Shown: positions 9,589 to 18,444, counted from the first letter of the stretch. The stretch is DNA of 64,000 nucleotides from an uncultured virus (IMG/VR IMGVR_UViG_3300012665_001179) (IMGVR_UViG_3300012665_001179), one strand, 5' to 3'. Program-made: numbers and translations. Notes: generated from the letters alone by a model not told the origin.

Positions 9589-10479
9589 TTACTCACTATC
9601 AGCTAAAGATTTGAAGTAATCCAATTCATCATCTTCATCTAAACTAGGTGTTGATTTAGCTTTTGGTATTGTAGCCTCTACCTCAGCAGCTGCAAACTTA
9701 CGTTCAACAGATGTAGGTACAGATTCTTGTGTTACTCCACCCAAAACTTTATCAAGTCGTTCTTTTAGTTTATCAGCAGATTTGAATAACTTAGGATCAA
9801 TGAATTCTTTCAACGAATGTTCAGATTTCCAAATTGCTTCCAACTTAGCATCATCATCAAATAAAGCACCTGATTTATCAAACTCAGATTTGTCATAGTT
9901 ACGATAGCCTTCAACTTTACGAATCTTCAATTTAAAGTTTGCACCTTCCCACATATCGAATGGGTTGATTGGAGATTCATCAGCGAATTCTGGATTCATC
10001 GCCTCGTCAAGTTTATCAAAAATCTTCTTACCAAATTTAAACAGTTTAACCTTGCCTTCATTTTCGGGATTTGAAGGATCAGAAACGATATAAACGTTAG
10101 CAATATAATTTAATTTACGTTTTTGTTTACGAACGATTTCTTTGTTCGCTTCGATGCCTGAATTCCACAGACCAGAATTATGGTCACAAACAGGACATTT
10201 TTGATTGATTGTAGTTAAACAATTATCGATGAACCAACCACCAGGTCCCTGGAAACCATGTGAGAACACACGAACCCATGGCAATGCATCATCACCATCA
10301 ACTTGAGATTCTGGAAGAAAACGGATAACGGCCATACCGTTACCTACTTTATCTACTGATGGCTGCCAAAAGCGATCATCGTCTTTACCGCCTTCGGAGT
10401 TTTGTGTGGTTGTTTCGAGCGCTTTCGTGAGTTTTTCCATGTTGTCACGATTGCGTTTTAGATTTGCAAATGATGTCAT
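9589..10479 (-). CDS. gp32: single-stranded DNA-binding protein gp32
   Basis: GNGMAVIRFLP, SHGFQGPGGWFIDNCLTT..KCPVC, GANFKLKIRKV.GYRNYDKSEF, acidic tail. Confidence 0.97.
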   Translation of the reverse strand: MTSFANLKRNRDNMEKLTKALETTTQNSEGGKDDDRFWQPSVDKVGNGMAVIRFLPESQVDGDDALPWVRVFSHGFQGPGGWFIDNCLTTINQKCPVCDHNSGLWNSGIEANKEIVRKQKRKLNYIANVYIVSDPSNPENEGKVKLFKFGKKIFDKLDEAMNPEFADESPINPFDMWEGANFKLKIRKVEGYRNYDKSEFDKSGALFDDDAKLEAIWKSEHSLKEFIDPKLFKSADKLKERLDKVLGGVTQESVPTSVERKFAAAEVEATIPKAKSTPSLDEDDELDYFKSLADSE

Positions 10480-10522
10480 ACGTATTTTCCTATATTAAAT
10501 GTATAAACGGATTGTCCACAAT

Positions 10523-10551
10523 ATCATAATATAATTTACTCTAGTTGTCAA
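10523..10551 (-). promoter_or_regulatory. sigma70-like promoter for gp32
   Basis: TTGACA-17-TATGAT. Confidence 0.5.
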
Positions 10552-11100
10552 CTAGAATTCAGATTCCTGCCTCGAAAAGAATGAAACAGGAGTTAAAAAT
10601 TCCACAGATTCAAATGCAAATGTTCTCTTACCTTTCATTGCAGTATGAAACTCTGGTGTTTTATTCGGATGAAACTTACCAACAGAATGTTCTTTGTCTT
10701 TACCTGGAAATCCACCTTCTTTAGTTCCATGTAATGTTGCATGTTCTGAATCGTGGGGCTTATGTAAGATAGAATCTTGTCCATATTTCTCACCATGCTT
10801 TTTCAGAAAATGTTTCAAGTGACCTTTATCATCACCTTTCTTACCAACTACCAAATAAGAATGTTCATCGACTGGTCTAGCATGTTCAGTTCCATGATTC
10901 TCAACATAACGACCTTTTACTTTAACAAAACCATAACCAGCCTTGCGAATATGACCTTCTAATTCCTTATTACGTGATTTGTTCTCTTCAGCAGTATTCT
11001 CACCACGATGTGCAGTAATCATACCAATATTTCTACCTTGAGTGTGTTGATGTACACGTGCGAGACTAGACTCGTTGAATAAAGTTTTAAAAGATTTCAT
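10552..11100 (-). CDS. late basic His-rich protein, candidate internal head protein
   Basis: N-terminus MKSFKTLFNE resembles the T4 capsid targeting sequence; TATAAATA at 11119-11126 and GGAGG SD. Confidence 0.5.
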   Translation of the reverse strand: MKSFKTLFNESSLARVHQHTQGRNIGMITAHRGENTAEENKSRNKELEGHIRKAGYGFVKVKGRYVENHGTEHARPVDEHSYLVVGKKGDDKGHLKHFLKKHGEKYGQDSILHKPHDSEHATLHGTKEGGFPGKDKEHSVGKFHPNKTPEFHTAMKGKRTFAFESVEFLTPVSFFSRQESEF

Positions 11101-11121
11101 ATTACTTCCTCCTAAGTCTAT

Positions 11122-11712
11122 TTATATTACCAGAATAGACTTCAACTTCTGTTGATATTTTGGCTTATCATAATTAAGAAATAGTTTATATTTTGTTAAT
11201 TTATGGTAAAAGTTTGGCCATTGTATAGTGTCATTTATCTTCTTACACCACATCGGTAAGAAACCTAATATATCTGATAGTATAATCAAAGTCTCAATAT
11301 TAGTCTCTTTACGAAAGACCTTCTTCAATAGTATAGGATAGTTATCAGTATTTGTCAATAGGTCGTTAGGGTTCTTTACCTCTTCAAATAGATTACGGCA
11401 ATCGTTCTCAAAAGAATACATCAAACTCTGTTGAATCTTTTGCCGACTTAGATAGTTTTGGTGTGCCTCATCTTCTAATAGTTTGCCGATCCAAACATTA
11501 GAATCAATGAGAAAATTGGCAACTAGAAAATTAACATATTCATCCTTCTCATACCGGCGAGAAATTTTATAGTAATGATATTTGTCTTTTCTATTTTCAA
11601 AAGACTCAATCGATACGTTTGTTTTCCCGCCGTACTTAAAATAGTTGTATGATTCTTGGGTGAAATGTAACTTTAAACTAGTGTATAAACAATAGGCTTC
11701 ATAACCAGTCAT
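11122..11712 (-). CDS. gp59: helicase loader gp59
   Basis: YCLYTSLKLHFT..YNYFKYGGK, FENRKDKY, FLVANF; adjacent to gp32 and gp33. Confidence 0.9.
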   Translation of the reverse strand: MTGYEAYCLYTSLKLHFTQESYNYFKYGGKTNVSIESFENRKDKYHYYKISRRYEKDEYVNFLVANFLIDSNVWIGKLLEDEAHQNYLSRQKIQQSLMYSFENDCRNLFEEVKNPNDLLTNTDNYPILLKKVFRKETNIETLIILSDILGFLPMWCKKINDTIQWPNFYHKLTKYKLFLNYDKPKYQQKLKSILVI

Positions 11713-11933
11713 ATAGGTAGTCTTGCAGATTTCTCTTTCAGTAAGTTTAAGTTTTGTGCTTGAAACTCTATTTTACTCTTTAATGATGAATTAATCAAGT
11801 TAGCAGCAACTTCAATTTCAAGTCCAGTTTTCTTGCAATGTTCAACGATAGCTTCCAGATACGTGTAATCTGTTTCAGCGACCAGTATCTCTATCTCTTT
11901 AGAAAACTTATTAGACTCTTCTTTAGTTGCCAT
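11709..11933 (-). CDS. gp33: late transcription co-activator gp33
   Basis: FSKEIE...YLEAIVEHC, LKSKIEFQAQNLNLL, ARLPI. Confidence 0.9.
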   Translation of the reverse strand: MATKEESNKFSKEIEILVAETDYTYLEAIVEHCKKTGLEIEVAANLINSSLKSKIEFQAQNLNLLKEKSARLPI

Positions 11934-12205
11934 TACTTGACCACCGCATTGTATAATTCCATGAATTGATCCTGTACTGCAACCTCTTCATCGAAATTTT
12001 GTTTATGATATACTTTTACCATCTTATTTACGACACGTTTTGGTAATTGTAGTTTATCACAAATATCTTTTACTGCTTCTTTAATTAGATCACGTTCCGC
12101 TTCCATACGTACCAAGGAATTAGAACACTCTTTTAAAACTCCTAACAGTTTATCACGGTCTGCTGGATTTGAAATTTGATTAATACTAAACTGTTGTACT
12201 GCCAT
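11933..12205 (-). CDS. dsbA: T4 dsDNA-binding protein DsbA-like
   Basis: RMEAERDLIKE...KMVKVYHKQNF...FMELY; directly upstream of gp33 as in T4. Confidence 0.75.
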   Translation of the reverse strand: MAVQQFSINQISNPADRDKLLGVLKECSNSLVRMEAERDLIKEAVKDICDKLQLPKRVVNKMVKVYHKQNFDEEVAVQDQFMELYNAVVK

Positions 12206-12218
12206 AATATCTCCTTAA

Positions 12219-12494
12219 TTATTTCTTACCTGTTGGTGCAAATGAATGTGTTATACAAATAATGTCATCATTAGGTGCATAAGAACAACGAACAGCTAAA
12301 GGGTCAACGTCTTTCGTTATTGCCTTTTCAATATTCTGCGACATCAATTCACGGTCTTTAATCTTGTAATGTGTAAAAGAAAAAATAACAAAACAGAAAG
12401 TGATTGTCACACAGATATAAACAATGTTATTTACTTTAAGTTTATTATCCATGTTTAGTCCTAGATATCTTGACATAAAAAATGTGCCTTCCAA
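12219..12494 (-). CDS. small membrane protein
   Basis: One hydrophobic segment; DPLAVRCSY..C; true start probably 12452. Confidence 0.5.
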   Translation of the reverse strand: MEGTFFMSRYLGLNMDNKLKVNNIVYICVTITFCFVIFSFTHYKIKDRELMSQNIEKAITKDVDPLAVRCSYAPNDDIICITHSFAPTGKK

Positions 12495-12993
12495 TTTTTC
12501 GAGTAGTTTTCATATTGTTCCATGTTGGCTTAATGTAATCAGCGTGATAGAATAATGCACCTCTGGTTACATCTTCAATACTATCTTGGTTAATATAAAC
12601 TCTTGTTGCGAGTTCATGAATTTCATTATATAACGAATTCGACTCTCTTGTCAAGCGCTTTTGTTTCTCAATTGCCTTAGGGTCACATCGCCATGAGAAT
12701 TGGCATACACCGTTGATCTTTTGGTTAACAACACCACATACGGTGTTTGGATAATTGTCATTATTCATACGATTGAATGTGACTAGTGCTACAGCAATTT
12801 GACCTTCTTTTGGTTCTGATGCTGATTCAAAATACATGTTTTGTGCTAAACAATTAATTTCAGCTTGAGAAGTTTTTCCCAAATCGTCATAAGTCAGTTT
12901 TAAAGGTAATGGTGTATCGTTACCAAAACTCAGTGAATATACCGATATAAGCGAAGCCGACAATATAGCAAGTAAACTAAATCTTAAATTCAT
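12445..12993 (-). CDS. cell wall hydrolase, SleB/Hydrolase_2 family, with N-terminal signal/anchor
   Basis: CLAQNMYFES, AVALVTFNR, TVCGVV.Q, CQFSW, GALFYHADY..P.W, IGRHIFY. Confidence 0.9.
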   Translation of the reverse strand: MNLRFSLLAILSASLISVYSLSFGNDTPLPLKLTYDDLGKTSQAEINCLAQNMYFESASEPKEGQIAVALVTFNRMNNDNYPNTVCGVVNQKINGVCQFSWRCDPKAIEKQKRLTRESNSLYNEIHELATRVYINQDSIEDVTRGALFYHADYIKPTWNNMKTTRKIGRHIFYVKISRTKHG

Positions 12994-13012
12994 TTGATTC
13001 TCCTGTTGTGTA

Positions 13013-13030
13013 GGATGGCCGAAGCCATCC
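13013..13030 (-). other. C(UUCG)G hairpin without U-tract upstream of SleB RBS
   Basis: GGATGGC TTCG GCCATCC. Confidence 0.6.
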
Positions 13031-13035
13031 CTCCA

Positions 13036-13305
13036 TCAAGTAGATTTTTTGTTTGGTTTATCTACAGTTGTATTAGAAACAAAACCATTAAGCGTTTGAG
13101 CTTTAGCAATGATATCTGCTTCTGATGGATAAGTTGGAAATACTGGATGTTCTGGAACAGGTTGACCGTTTAATTTGGCCACATCTACTTTCACGTTCCA
13201 GTCATTTGATAGGCGTTCTTTCTCGGAGAAATAATTCTCCATCAAAAGTTCTTTTGCCATTCTTAGAAGTTCGAGGCGAATCTCGAACGGTGTTAAATTA
13301 CTCAT
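13036..13305 (-). CDS. conserved phage hypothetical protein
   Basis: TPFEIRLELLRMAKELL...YPSEADIIAKAQTLNGFVS; strong SD. Confidence 0.7.
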   Translation of the reverse strand: MSNLTPFEIRLELLRMAKELLMENYFSEKERLSNDWNVKVDVAKLNGQPVPEHPVFPTYPSEADIIAKAQTLNGFVSNTTVDKPNKKST

Positions 13306-13372
13306 ACTACCTCCTGTGTTGTGTGTGAATACTGGCGGTTTGTGTGTGTTGCCAGTCTTTTATTTAGTCATT

Positions 13373-13945
13373 TTAATCCCATAAATTTTGATAATACTTA
13401 CCAAATAAACGGAAACCATTTTGTACACGCTCATAATTGTTTTTCCAATCTTTATCTATACCACCATTATCTTCATCGATTTTATATTGGAATGCAAAAA
13501 TCATTTCATCTAATACCCAGTCCCAACGATCATGTATATCGCATTGAACCTTTTGTAAATCTGGTTCACGATAAAAATCAAATGTATATTGTGATTCGTA
13601 ATCCTCGGTAGTTGTGTATCTCATCGATTCTGGAACATCTTCTAGATCAACTAAACCTGAACCATGTTTTTCAGCACGTAATTGTTTTAACATTGGAAGA
13701 ATGATAACGGCTAATGTGCCATCCATATTCCAAGTATCCCAACGGTCTATTTTAACATATTGAATTTGAGGATGAATGAAGTTCAGAACATTCTGCAATC
13801 CTATAGAGAATGGTAGTATGATTTTACTCAATCGATCAATGAGTGGTTCATCATATTCAATTTCACGCCAAAAGAAAACTTTTTCTAATATTGTGTATGG
13901 TGATATCCAATGATTACGATAATTACTATAATAAACCTTCATCAC
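13373..13945 (-). CDS. hypothetical phage protein
   Basis: DTWNMD.TLA.II.PML, RWDWVLDEMIFAF, GFRLFGKYYQNLWD. Confidence 0.7.
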   Translation of the reverse strand: MMKVYYSNYRNHWISPYTILEKVFFWREIEYDEPLIDRLSKIILPFSIGLQNVLNFIHPQIQYVKIDRWDTWNMDGTLAVIILPMLKQLRAEKHGSGLVDLEDVPESMRYTTTEDYESQYTFDFYREPDLQKVQCDIHDRWDWVLDEMIFAFQYKIDEDNGGIDKDWKNNYERVQNGFRLFGKYYQNLWD

Positions 13946-13950
13946 ATCTC

Positions 13951-14247
13951 CTATAATAACTTAAAAAGTTTTCTACCTAAAGGACTAATAGGTGGCTCCG
14001 GTTCGGGTTCGTTACCTGTAAGTTCTCTAACCTTATCCACCAGTTTTTTTGCCAATCCATTTCTACGATACATTGGTTGTACAAAAATATACTCAATAGC
14101 TCCATTATTTTTAAATCTCACAAACCCCAATGTAGTATTAGGATTTGTGAGAGTAACAACACCATCAGTTACAATAGTATCATATTGTAGATTAGGTGTT
14201 TTGTTCGGCTTTGTATGCATCAAGAGTTTTCTTAAATTTACCAGCAT
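13951..14247 (-). CDS. GNAT acetyltransferase-like protein
   Basis: IEYIFVQPMYRRNGLAKKLV (acetyl-CoA binding motif A); start uncertain. Confidence 0.6.
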   Translation of the reverse strand: MLVNLRKLLMHTKPNKTPNLQYDTIVTDGVVTLTNPNTTLGFVRFKNNGAIEYIFVQPMYRRNGLAKKLVDKVRELTGNEPEPEPPISPLGRKLFKLL

Positions 14248-14629
14248 GACTACGTTCAGCCTTAGCTAGTGTTTCAAACCAATCAGCAATCTCATCGAAG
14301 CCTTCATCACGTGCAGTCTTAGCCATACCGGGGTACATATCAGTATATTCGTGAGTTTCACCACTGATAGCACTTTCTAACGCTTCAATAATATTTGTTG
14401 CAGGAAGACCTGTCTCTGGATCACCAGAACCACCATTCACCAAGTATTCCATATGACCATGTGCATGGCCTGTTTCGCCTTCAGCTGTATGACGGAAAAT
14501 ATTAGCTACATCTGTCGCACCAGCAATATCTGCCATGTTTGCGAAATATAGATAACGGCGATTCGCTTTAGATTCACCAGCAAAAGCTTCTTTCAAACAT
14601 TCTTCAGTTTTTGTTCCTTTAACTTGCAT
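14192..14629 (-). CDS. rubrerythrin (ferritin-like, no rubredoxin domain)
   Basis: [48 protein letters not shown] di-iron motifs. Confidence 0.93.
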   Translation of the reverse strand: MQVKGTKTEECLKEAFAGESKANRRYLYFANMADIAGATDVANIFRHTAEGETGHAHGHMEYLVNGGSGDPETGLPATNIIEALESAISGETHEYTDMYPGMAKTARDEGFDEIADWFETLAKAERSHAGKFKKTLDAYKAEQNT

Positions 14630-14738
14630 TACATCTCTCCTATAAAATTATGAATAACACATACTACGATAATATGTATCAATTGTCAATACATTTTTGA
14701 TCTATTTTTCCTATTGTATTTTTTTATGGAGATAATAG

Positions 14739-14768
14739 AAAAAAAATAGGACCCGAAAGTCCTATTTT
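14739..14768 (-). terminator. intrinsic terminator of tmRNA gene
   Basis: AAAATAGGAC TTTCGG GTCCTATTTTTTTT. Confidence 0.85.
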
Positions 14769-14769
14769 G

Positions 14770-15071
14770 GTTATTGGTTTACAAGGTTACCACCCCCGGC
14801 TTAGCCTTAAGCGGCTAAAGCGTAACTTTCATCGTTTGCAGTTACTAGTTTTGCTTGATTTACGGTCATCGCCTACCGTGTTGTCCATATCCTTACTTGT
14901 TACCCTGTCGAGACCAGATCAGCCCCATCAAAAGCACACTACTGAGCATTATCGTGTATCCACTTCCAATATTCTTCTACTGACATATGTACCCTTTAAT
15001 GTGTTTTTGGTGGAGCTGGGCGGAATCGAACCGCCGTCCAGAATACTTTTCATTCAACTTCATACAACAAT
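14770..15071 (-). ncRNA. ssrA: circularly permuted (two-piece) tmRNA: acceptor piece ~15071-15008, intervening segment 15007-14927, coding piece 14926-~14770; tag ANDESYALAA
   Basis: GGCGG-TTCGATT-CCGCC-CAGCTCCACCA precedes GGGGCTGATCTGGTCTCGAC; G3.U alanine acceptor stem; tag ORF 14839-14807; outer ends approximate. Confidence 0.93.
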
Positions 15072-15076
15072 ACCTT

Positions 15077-15084
15077 TATTTATT
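15077..15084 (-). promoter_or_regulatory. late-promoter-like AATAAATA ahead of the tmRNA acceptor piece
   Basis: One mismatch to TATAAATA, a few nt upstream of the inferred 5' end. Confidence 0.5.
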
Positions 15085-15182
15085 CGTCTCTACCGCCACT
15101 CTCACCATATAACCAATACAAATATATTCCGACAAATAGTACAACGAATAAAGAACCTACTATCAACCAATCAACAACTATA

Positions 15183-15929
15183 TCACTCATTTAAGTCCTC
15201 ATATTTTAATTTTGCCAATATGTAATCTTTAACTAAGCTACTTCTAACAATATCATCTGGTGTAAATTCTATACGGGTAAATGCACCCATATGATGTGCA
15301 ATATCAAAAAACTTTAATAGACCTGATTTGTCATTACTCTTACGTAAATCTGTTTGACGATAATCACCACACCAAATAATCTTTGAACGATAACCAACAC
15401 GAGTCATTACCGTATCGATCTCTTCAAAATTCATATTCTGCACTTCATCTACAATAATGATAGCATCATCAAAACTCATACCACGAATAAATGATGTTGA
15501 AATGAATTGAATATGTCCTTGTTCTTCTAATCTAGTCCAAGCATCTTTACGACCAAAAAGTGTTTCACAAATTTGCCTGTAAGGTTGTTCATAGATTTCC
15601 ATCTTTTCACCGACATCACCAGGTAAATGTCCTATCTCCCTAGATTGTACAGCTGAACGAACAACTATTATTTTATCAAATGTATTAGATTTGTCAAGCA
15701 CTTCTTCTAACGCTTTGTATAAGGCACAAAATGTTTTACCTGTTCCTGCAACTCCATGTAAGGCAACAAAATAATCACCTTGCTTATAAGCATCAAAAAA
15801 CTTCTTTTGGTTTTCCGTTAACGGTTGGAATGTTTTTAAATCATCGATTCGCACCCTCAGAGTATTATTTCTTGTTTTTATTTCTGTAACTTCTGCATCA
15901 ACAGTTTTCAATGCTGCTTTTCTTGACAT
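15183..15929 (-). CDS. phoH: PhoH-family ATPase
   Basis: GVAGTGKT Walker A, IGHLPG, FIRGMSF, IIVDEVQN, CGDYRQTDL, DIVRSSLV. Confidence 0.95.
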   Translation of the reverse strand: MSRKAALKTVDAEVTEIKTRNNTLRVRIDDLKTFQPLTENQKKFFDAYKQGDYFVALHGVAGTGKTFCALYKALEEVLDKSNTFDKIIVVRSAVQSREIGHLPGDVGEKMEIYEQPYRQICETLFGRKDAWTRLEEQGHIQFISTSFIRGMSFDDAIIIVDEVQNMNFEEIDTVMTRVGYRSKIIWCGDYRQTDLRKSNDKSGLLKFFDIAHHMGAFTRIEFTPDDIVRSSLVKDYILAKLKYEDLNE

Positions 15930-15937
15930 GTGGTCTC

Positions 15938-16594
15938 CTAAGTTTTTACATATTTCATCAACTCCGTAACATAATCAAGTTTACTTCTCACAAAAATTTG
16001 TGGCTGTTCATTCTCTACAGCAATGGCAACCACAATTTTATCTATTGGCCTACCTGTTCTTTCTTCAAACATAATGGCATAAGCAGTGCATTGCATGAAG
16101 TAATTTTGGATGTGACCTTCTTCTTTCAATTTACTAGAAGTTTTAAAGTCAATAATGGATAATTCACCATTCCATTCTGCGATACAGTCAACACGACCTG
16201 CCACTTCCAGTTCATCTGAATACAATGCTTGTTCTAATGCGTAAATCTTACCTATATTTTTATCTAATTCGGGTTTTAATTGTTGAAATAATGCCTTGAT
16301 GTTGGGCATTAATGATTTGAGTTTTAATGGTGTGTATTCATTAAGTAAATACTTCTCACAAACCAAATGGAGATTAGTACCTCTTGTCGAGGCCTTAGAT
16401 GATATTCTGTTTGCTTCTTCATCACCAACTCGTTTACGCCACTCTAGTATAGCTTTCTTACTAAATGCGGATAAAACTGTGGTGATAGACCTGTATTTGT
16501 TTCCTTTAGGTGTAGTATAAAGTCTACCACTTTCGGTAGTTACTGCTTCAAGGTCATAATCTAATTCAGGAATTTTTATAAATTCAAATGTCAA
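15938..16594 (-). CDS. PD-(D/E)XK exonuclease
   Basis: SITTVLS, RGTNLH, AGRVDCIA, IIDFKTS, YFMQCTAYA. Confidence 0.85.
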   Translation of the reverse strand: MTFEFIKIPELDYDLEAVTTESGRLYTTPKGNKYRSITTVLSAFSKKAILEWRKRVGDEEANRISSKASTRGTNLHLVCEKYLLNEYTPLKLKSLMPNIKALFQQLKPELDKNIGKIYALEQALYSDELEVAGRVDCIAEWNGELSIIDFKTSSKLKEEGHIQNYFMQCTAYAIMFEERTGRPIDKIVVAIAVENEQPQIFVRSKLDYVTELMKYVKT

Positions 16595-16905
16595 GATACT
16601 CTCTTTGTAATTTTGTCAACATGCTTTTTCACAATCTCTTGTGTTTTAACTTGTTTAATTGATTTCTTACCGTATCGATCACCTACGGTACTAGTTGGAT
16701 GGGCTTCTGCAACTTTAGATAAAACTTCTTTCCAAGTGTTATCAGTTTTCGAATCGAGACTACCATTCATTGATACGATATTAATACCGTCATGATATCG
16801 TTCAATGTTTGGATGATCTGTCATATAGGTGTCATACTCTGCAATTTTCATCACATGTTCAAATACTTCACCTGTTTCTTTATTTCTTAATGAATATGTT
16901 GGCAT
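16591..16905 (-). CDS. conserved T4-like hypothetical protein
   Basis: MPTY....TGEVFE, WKEVLSKV...HP; ACTAAATA just upstream. Confidence 0.65.
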   Translation of the reverse strand: MPTYSLRNKETGEVFEHVMKIAEYDTYMTDHPNIERYHDGINIVSMNGSLDSKTDNTWKEVLSKVAEAHPTSTVGDRYGKKSIKQVKTQEIVKKHVDKITKRVS

Positions 16906-16909
16906 AATA

Positions 16910-17458
16910 TTATTTAGTAATGTACCACGTAGGAACAGGTCTTTTTTTCCAGTTCGCTAAGTGCGTCTTATTCATTATATAGTAATTTTTGTAGGAAGCA
17001 ATAGAATCGCCAGAAATTTTACAATCGTCTGGCATTGCAGGCGTTGGTTCAGTGAAAGGTTTATCTTTGTTTATATTTGTTGGTATGTTTTGCAATGCAC
17101 CAGTTAAACCACTACCTTGCACTTTATGTACTCTACCATAACGATAGGTATATTCAAGGCACAAAGCTTCTAGTAAATTTTGTAACCAAACATAGTTTGC
17201 GGAAGATTGCCTAACCCAAACACATGAAGGATGATTGATGTGAGTAGCACTGTATAGAATATTGTCACGATCATCACCAATAATATATCGAGTGTTTTTT
17301 CGGCCTGTTTTACTAACACCAACAATGGGTATACCATCAATAACACGGTGAGCAGTAGAAAGTAATTGAGCATATTCGAGAATCATCTTAACGCAATGTT
17401 TATCATTGTGCATCTCGGCACATCTGTTAACATCATTATCTAGGTAAAATATATTCAT
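16910..17458 (-). CDS. pyrimidine dimer DNA glycosylase / endonuclease V-like protein
   Basis: MNIFYLD...CA..H.DKH.VKMILEYAQLLSTAH, THINHPS, EYTYRYGRVH, PAMPD. Confidence 0.75.
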   Translation of the reverse strand: MNIFYLDNDVNRCAEMHNDKHCVKMILEYAQLLSTAHRVIDGIPIVGVSKTGRKNTRYIIGDDRDNILYSATHINHPSCVWVRQSSANYVWLQNLLEALCLEYTYRYGRVHKVQGSGLTGALQNIPTNINKDKPFTEPTPAMPDDCKISGDSIASYKNYYIMNKTHLANWKKRPVPTWYITK

Positions 17459-17462
17459 ATAT

Positions 17463-17489
17463 AAAAAAACCGGCGGAACTAGCCGCCGG
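17463..17489 (-). terminator. intrinsic terminator
   Basis: CCGGCGG-6-CCGCCGG followed by T7. Confidence 0.85.
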
Positions 17490-17515
17490 AAATAAGGAAA
17501 GACAACGAATGAAAA

Positions 17516-17953
17516 TTAATCAACAAGTTCTGTAACTTCAATTTCATCAGCAACAGCTTCTTCAACTACAGCCTGCACAGGTTGTAAGTCCTGCAACTTC
17601 TTAACGGGTGGCAAAGCAGAAACTTTTGCCGCTTTAGCAGTTGATGGTTTGCGTACTTTAACGCCAACACCAGCAGCAGTGACATTGTTTGCAGCCATGT
17701 ACTTGCGTACAGTTTCAGGATTGGTTATCTGATAACCAACAACGACACGACCATCTTTGATCGATTTAACGACACCGCCAGCAAACTTCTTAACGTGCCA
17801 GATATAAGTCGAAATACGATACAAATAAATTTCACTACCTAACTTCTGGTCGATTTCTTGCTTAGTAACAACTTCGCCAGATTCTAACAGAGTCAACAAC
17901 TTCTCAAAAGGTTGCAACTTTTTTACAGCAGGAGCTTTAGCATTTTTTGCCAT
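17516..17953 (-). CDS. basic hypothetical protein (possible DNA-binding)
   Basis: Start moved to MAKNAK after GAGG SD; lies between an early promoter and a terminator. Confidence 0.6.
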   Translation of the reverse strand: MAKNAKAPAVKKLQPFEKLLTLLESGEVVTKQEIDQKLGSEIYLYRISTYIWHVKKFAGGVVKSIKDGRVVVGYQITNPETVRKYMAANNVTAAGVGVKVRKPSTAKAAKVSALPPVKKLQDLQPVQAVVEEAVADEIEVTELVD

Positions 17954-18009
17954 ATCAATTACCTCATCATAATAAATTAATAACATACAACAACTCATTT
18001 GCAGGTACA

Positions 18010-18059
18010 ATTATATCACTGCCGTGGCATAAGTCAAGCACTGTTGTATTTTTACAACA
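18010..18059 (-). promoter_or_regulatory. early promoter with TGTTG-N8-CAACA palindrome
   Basis: TTGACT-16-TATAAT with extended -10; palindrome at 18042-18059. Confidence 0.75.
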
Positions 18060-18444
18060 CTTCATTTTTACGACCTAAGCCAGCAGGATTCATACCTGAT
18101 GTCACATAAACAAGATTACTTTTATGCAACGGTGCAACACAGGAGGCAACGTGATCCACGATCTTCCTGTCGCTTTCCGACATGGTCTGATAATCTTTCA
18201 TCACACCTTTGTAACCACACGCACCAGTGACGCCGGAATCAACTGAGGCGTATTTCCTAGGATTACGATCTTCTGGTATTGACAACACCGGAAGTTTACT
18301 TTTTCGTACTAATGTTTTTTTGACAACATTATTGCCACTAGGTAATTTCATTTTGTTAACATTGTCCAAGAATTGTTGATAATCTGCTAATTGTTTTTTT
18401 GGAATCTTTTTCTTCTTAGAACGGGTATTTGAGTAAATTATCAT
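18052..18444 (-). CDS. hypothetical protein
   Basis: Basic ORF; APLHKSNLVYV motif. Confidence 0.6.
   Translation of the reverse strand: MIIYSNTRSKKKKIPKKQLADYQQFLDNVNKMKLPSGNNVVKKTLVRKSKLPVLSIPEDRNPRKYASVDSGVTGACGYKGVMKDYQTMSESDRKIVDHVASCVAPLHKSNLVYVTSGMNPAGLGRKNEVL

Noticed and set aside
15008..15040. Stand-alone tRNA or attP fragment
   Set aside because: No D or anticodon arm; fully explained as the tmRNA acceptor piece
14767..15225. 152-aa plus-strand ORF
   Set aside because: Antisense to the tmRNA; no SD or recognisable motif
15938..16594. Cas4 / CRISPR system
   Set aside because: No Fe-S cysteine pattern, cas genes or repeat-spacer array seen; ordinary phage exonuclease beside phoH
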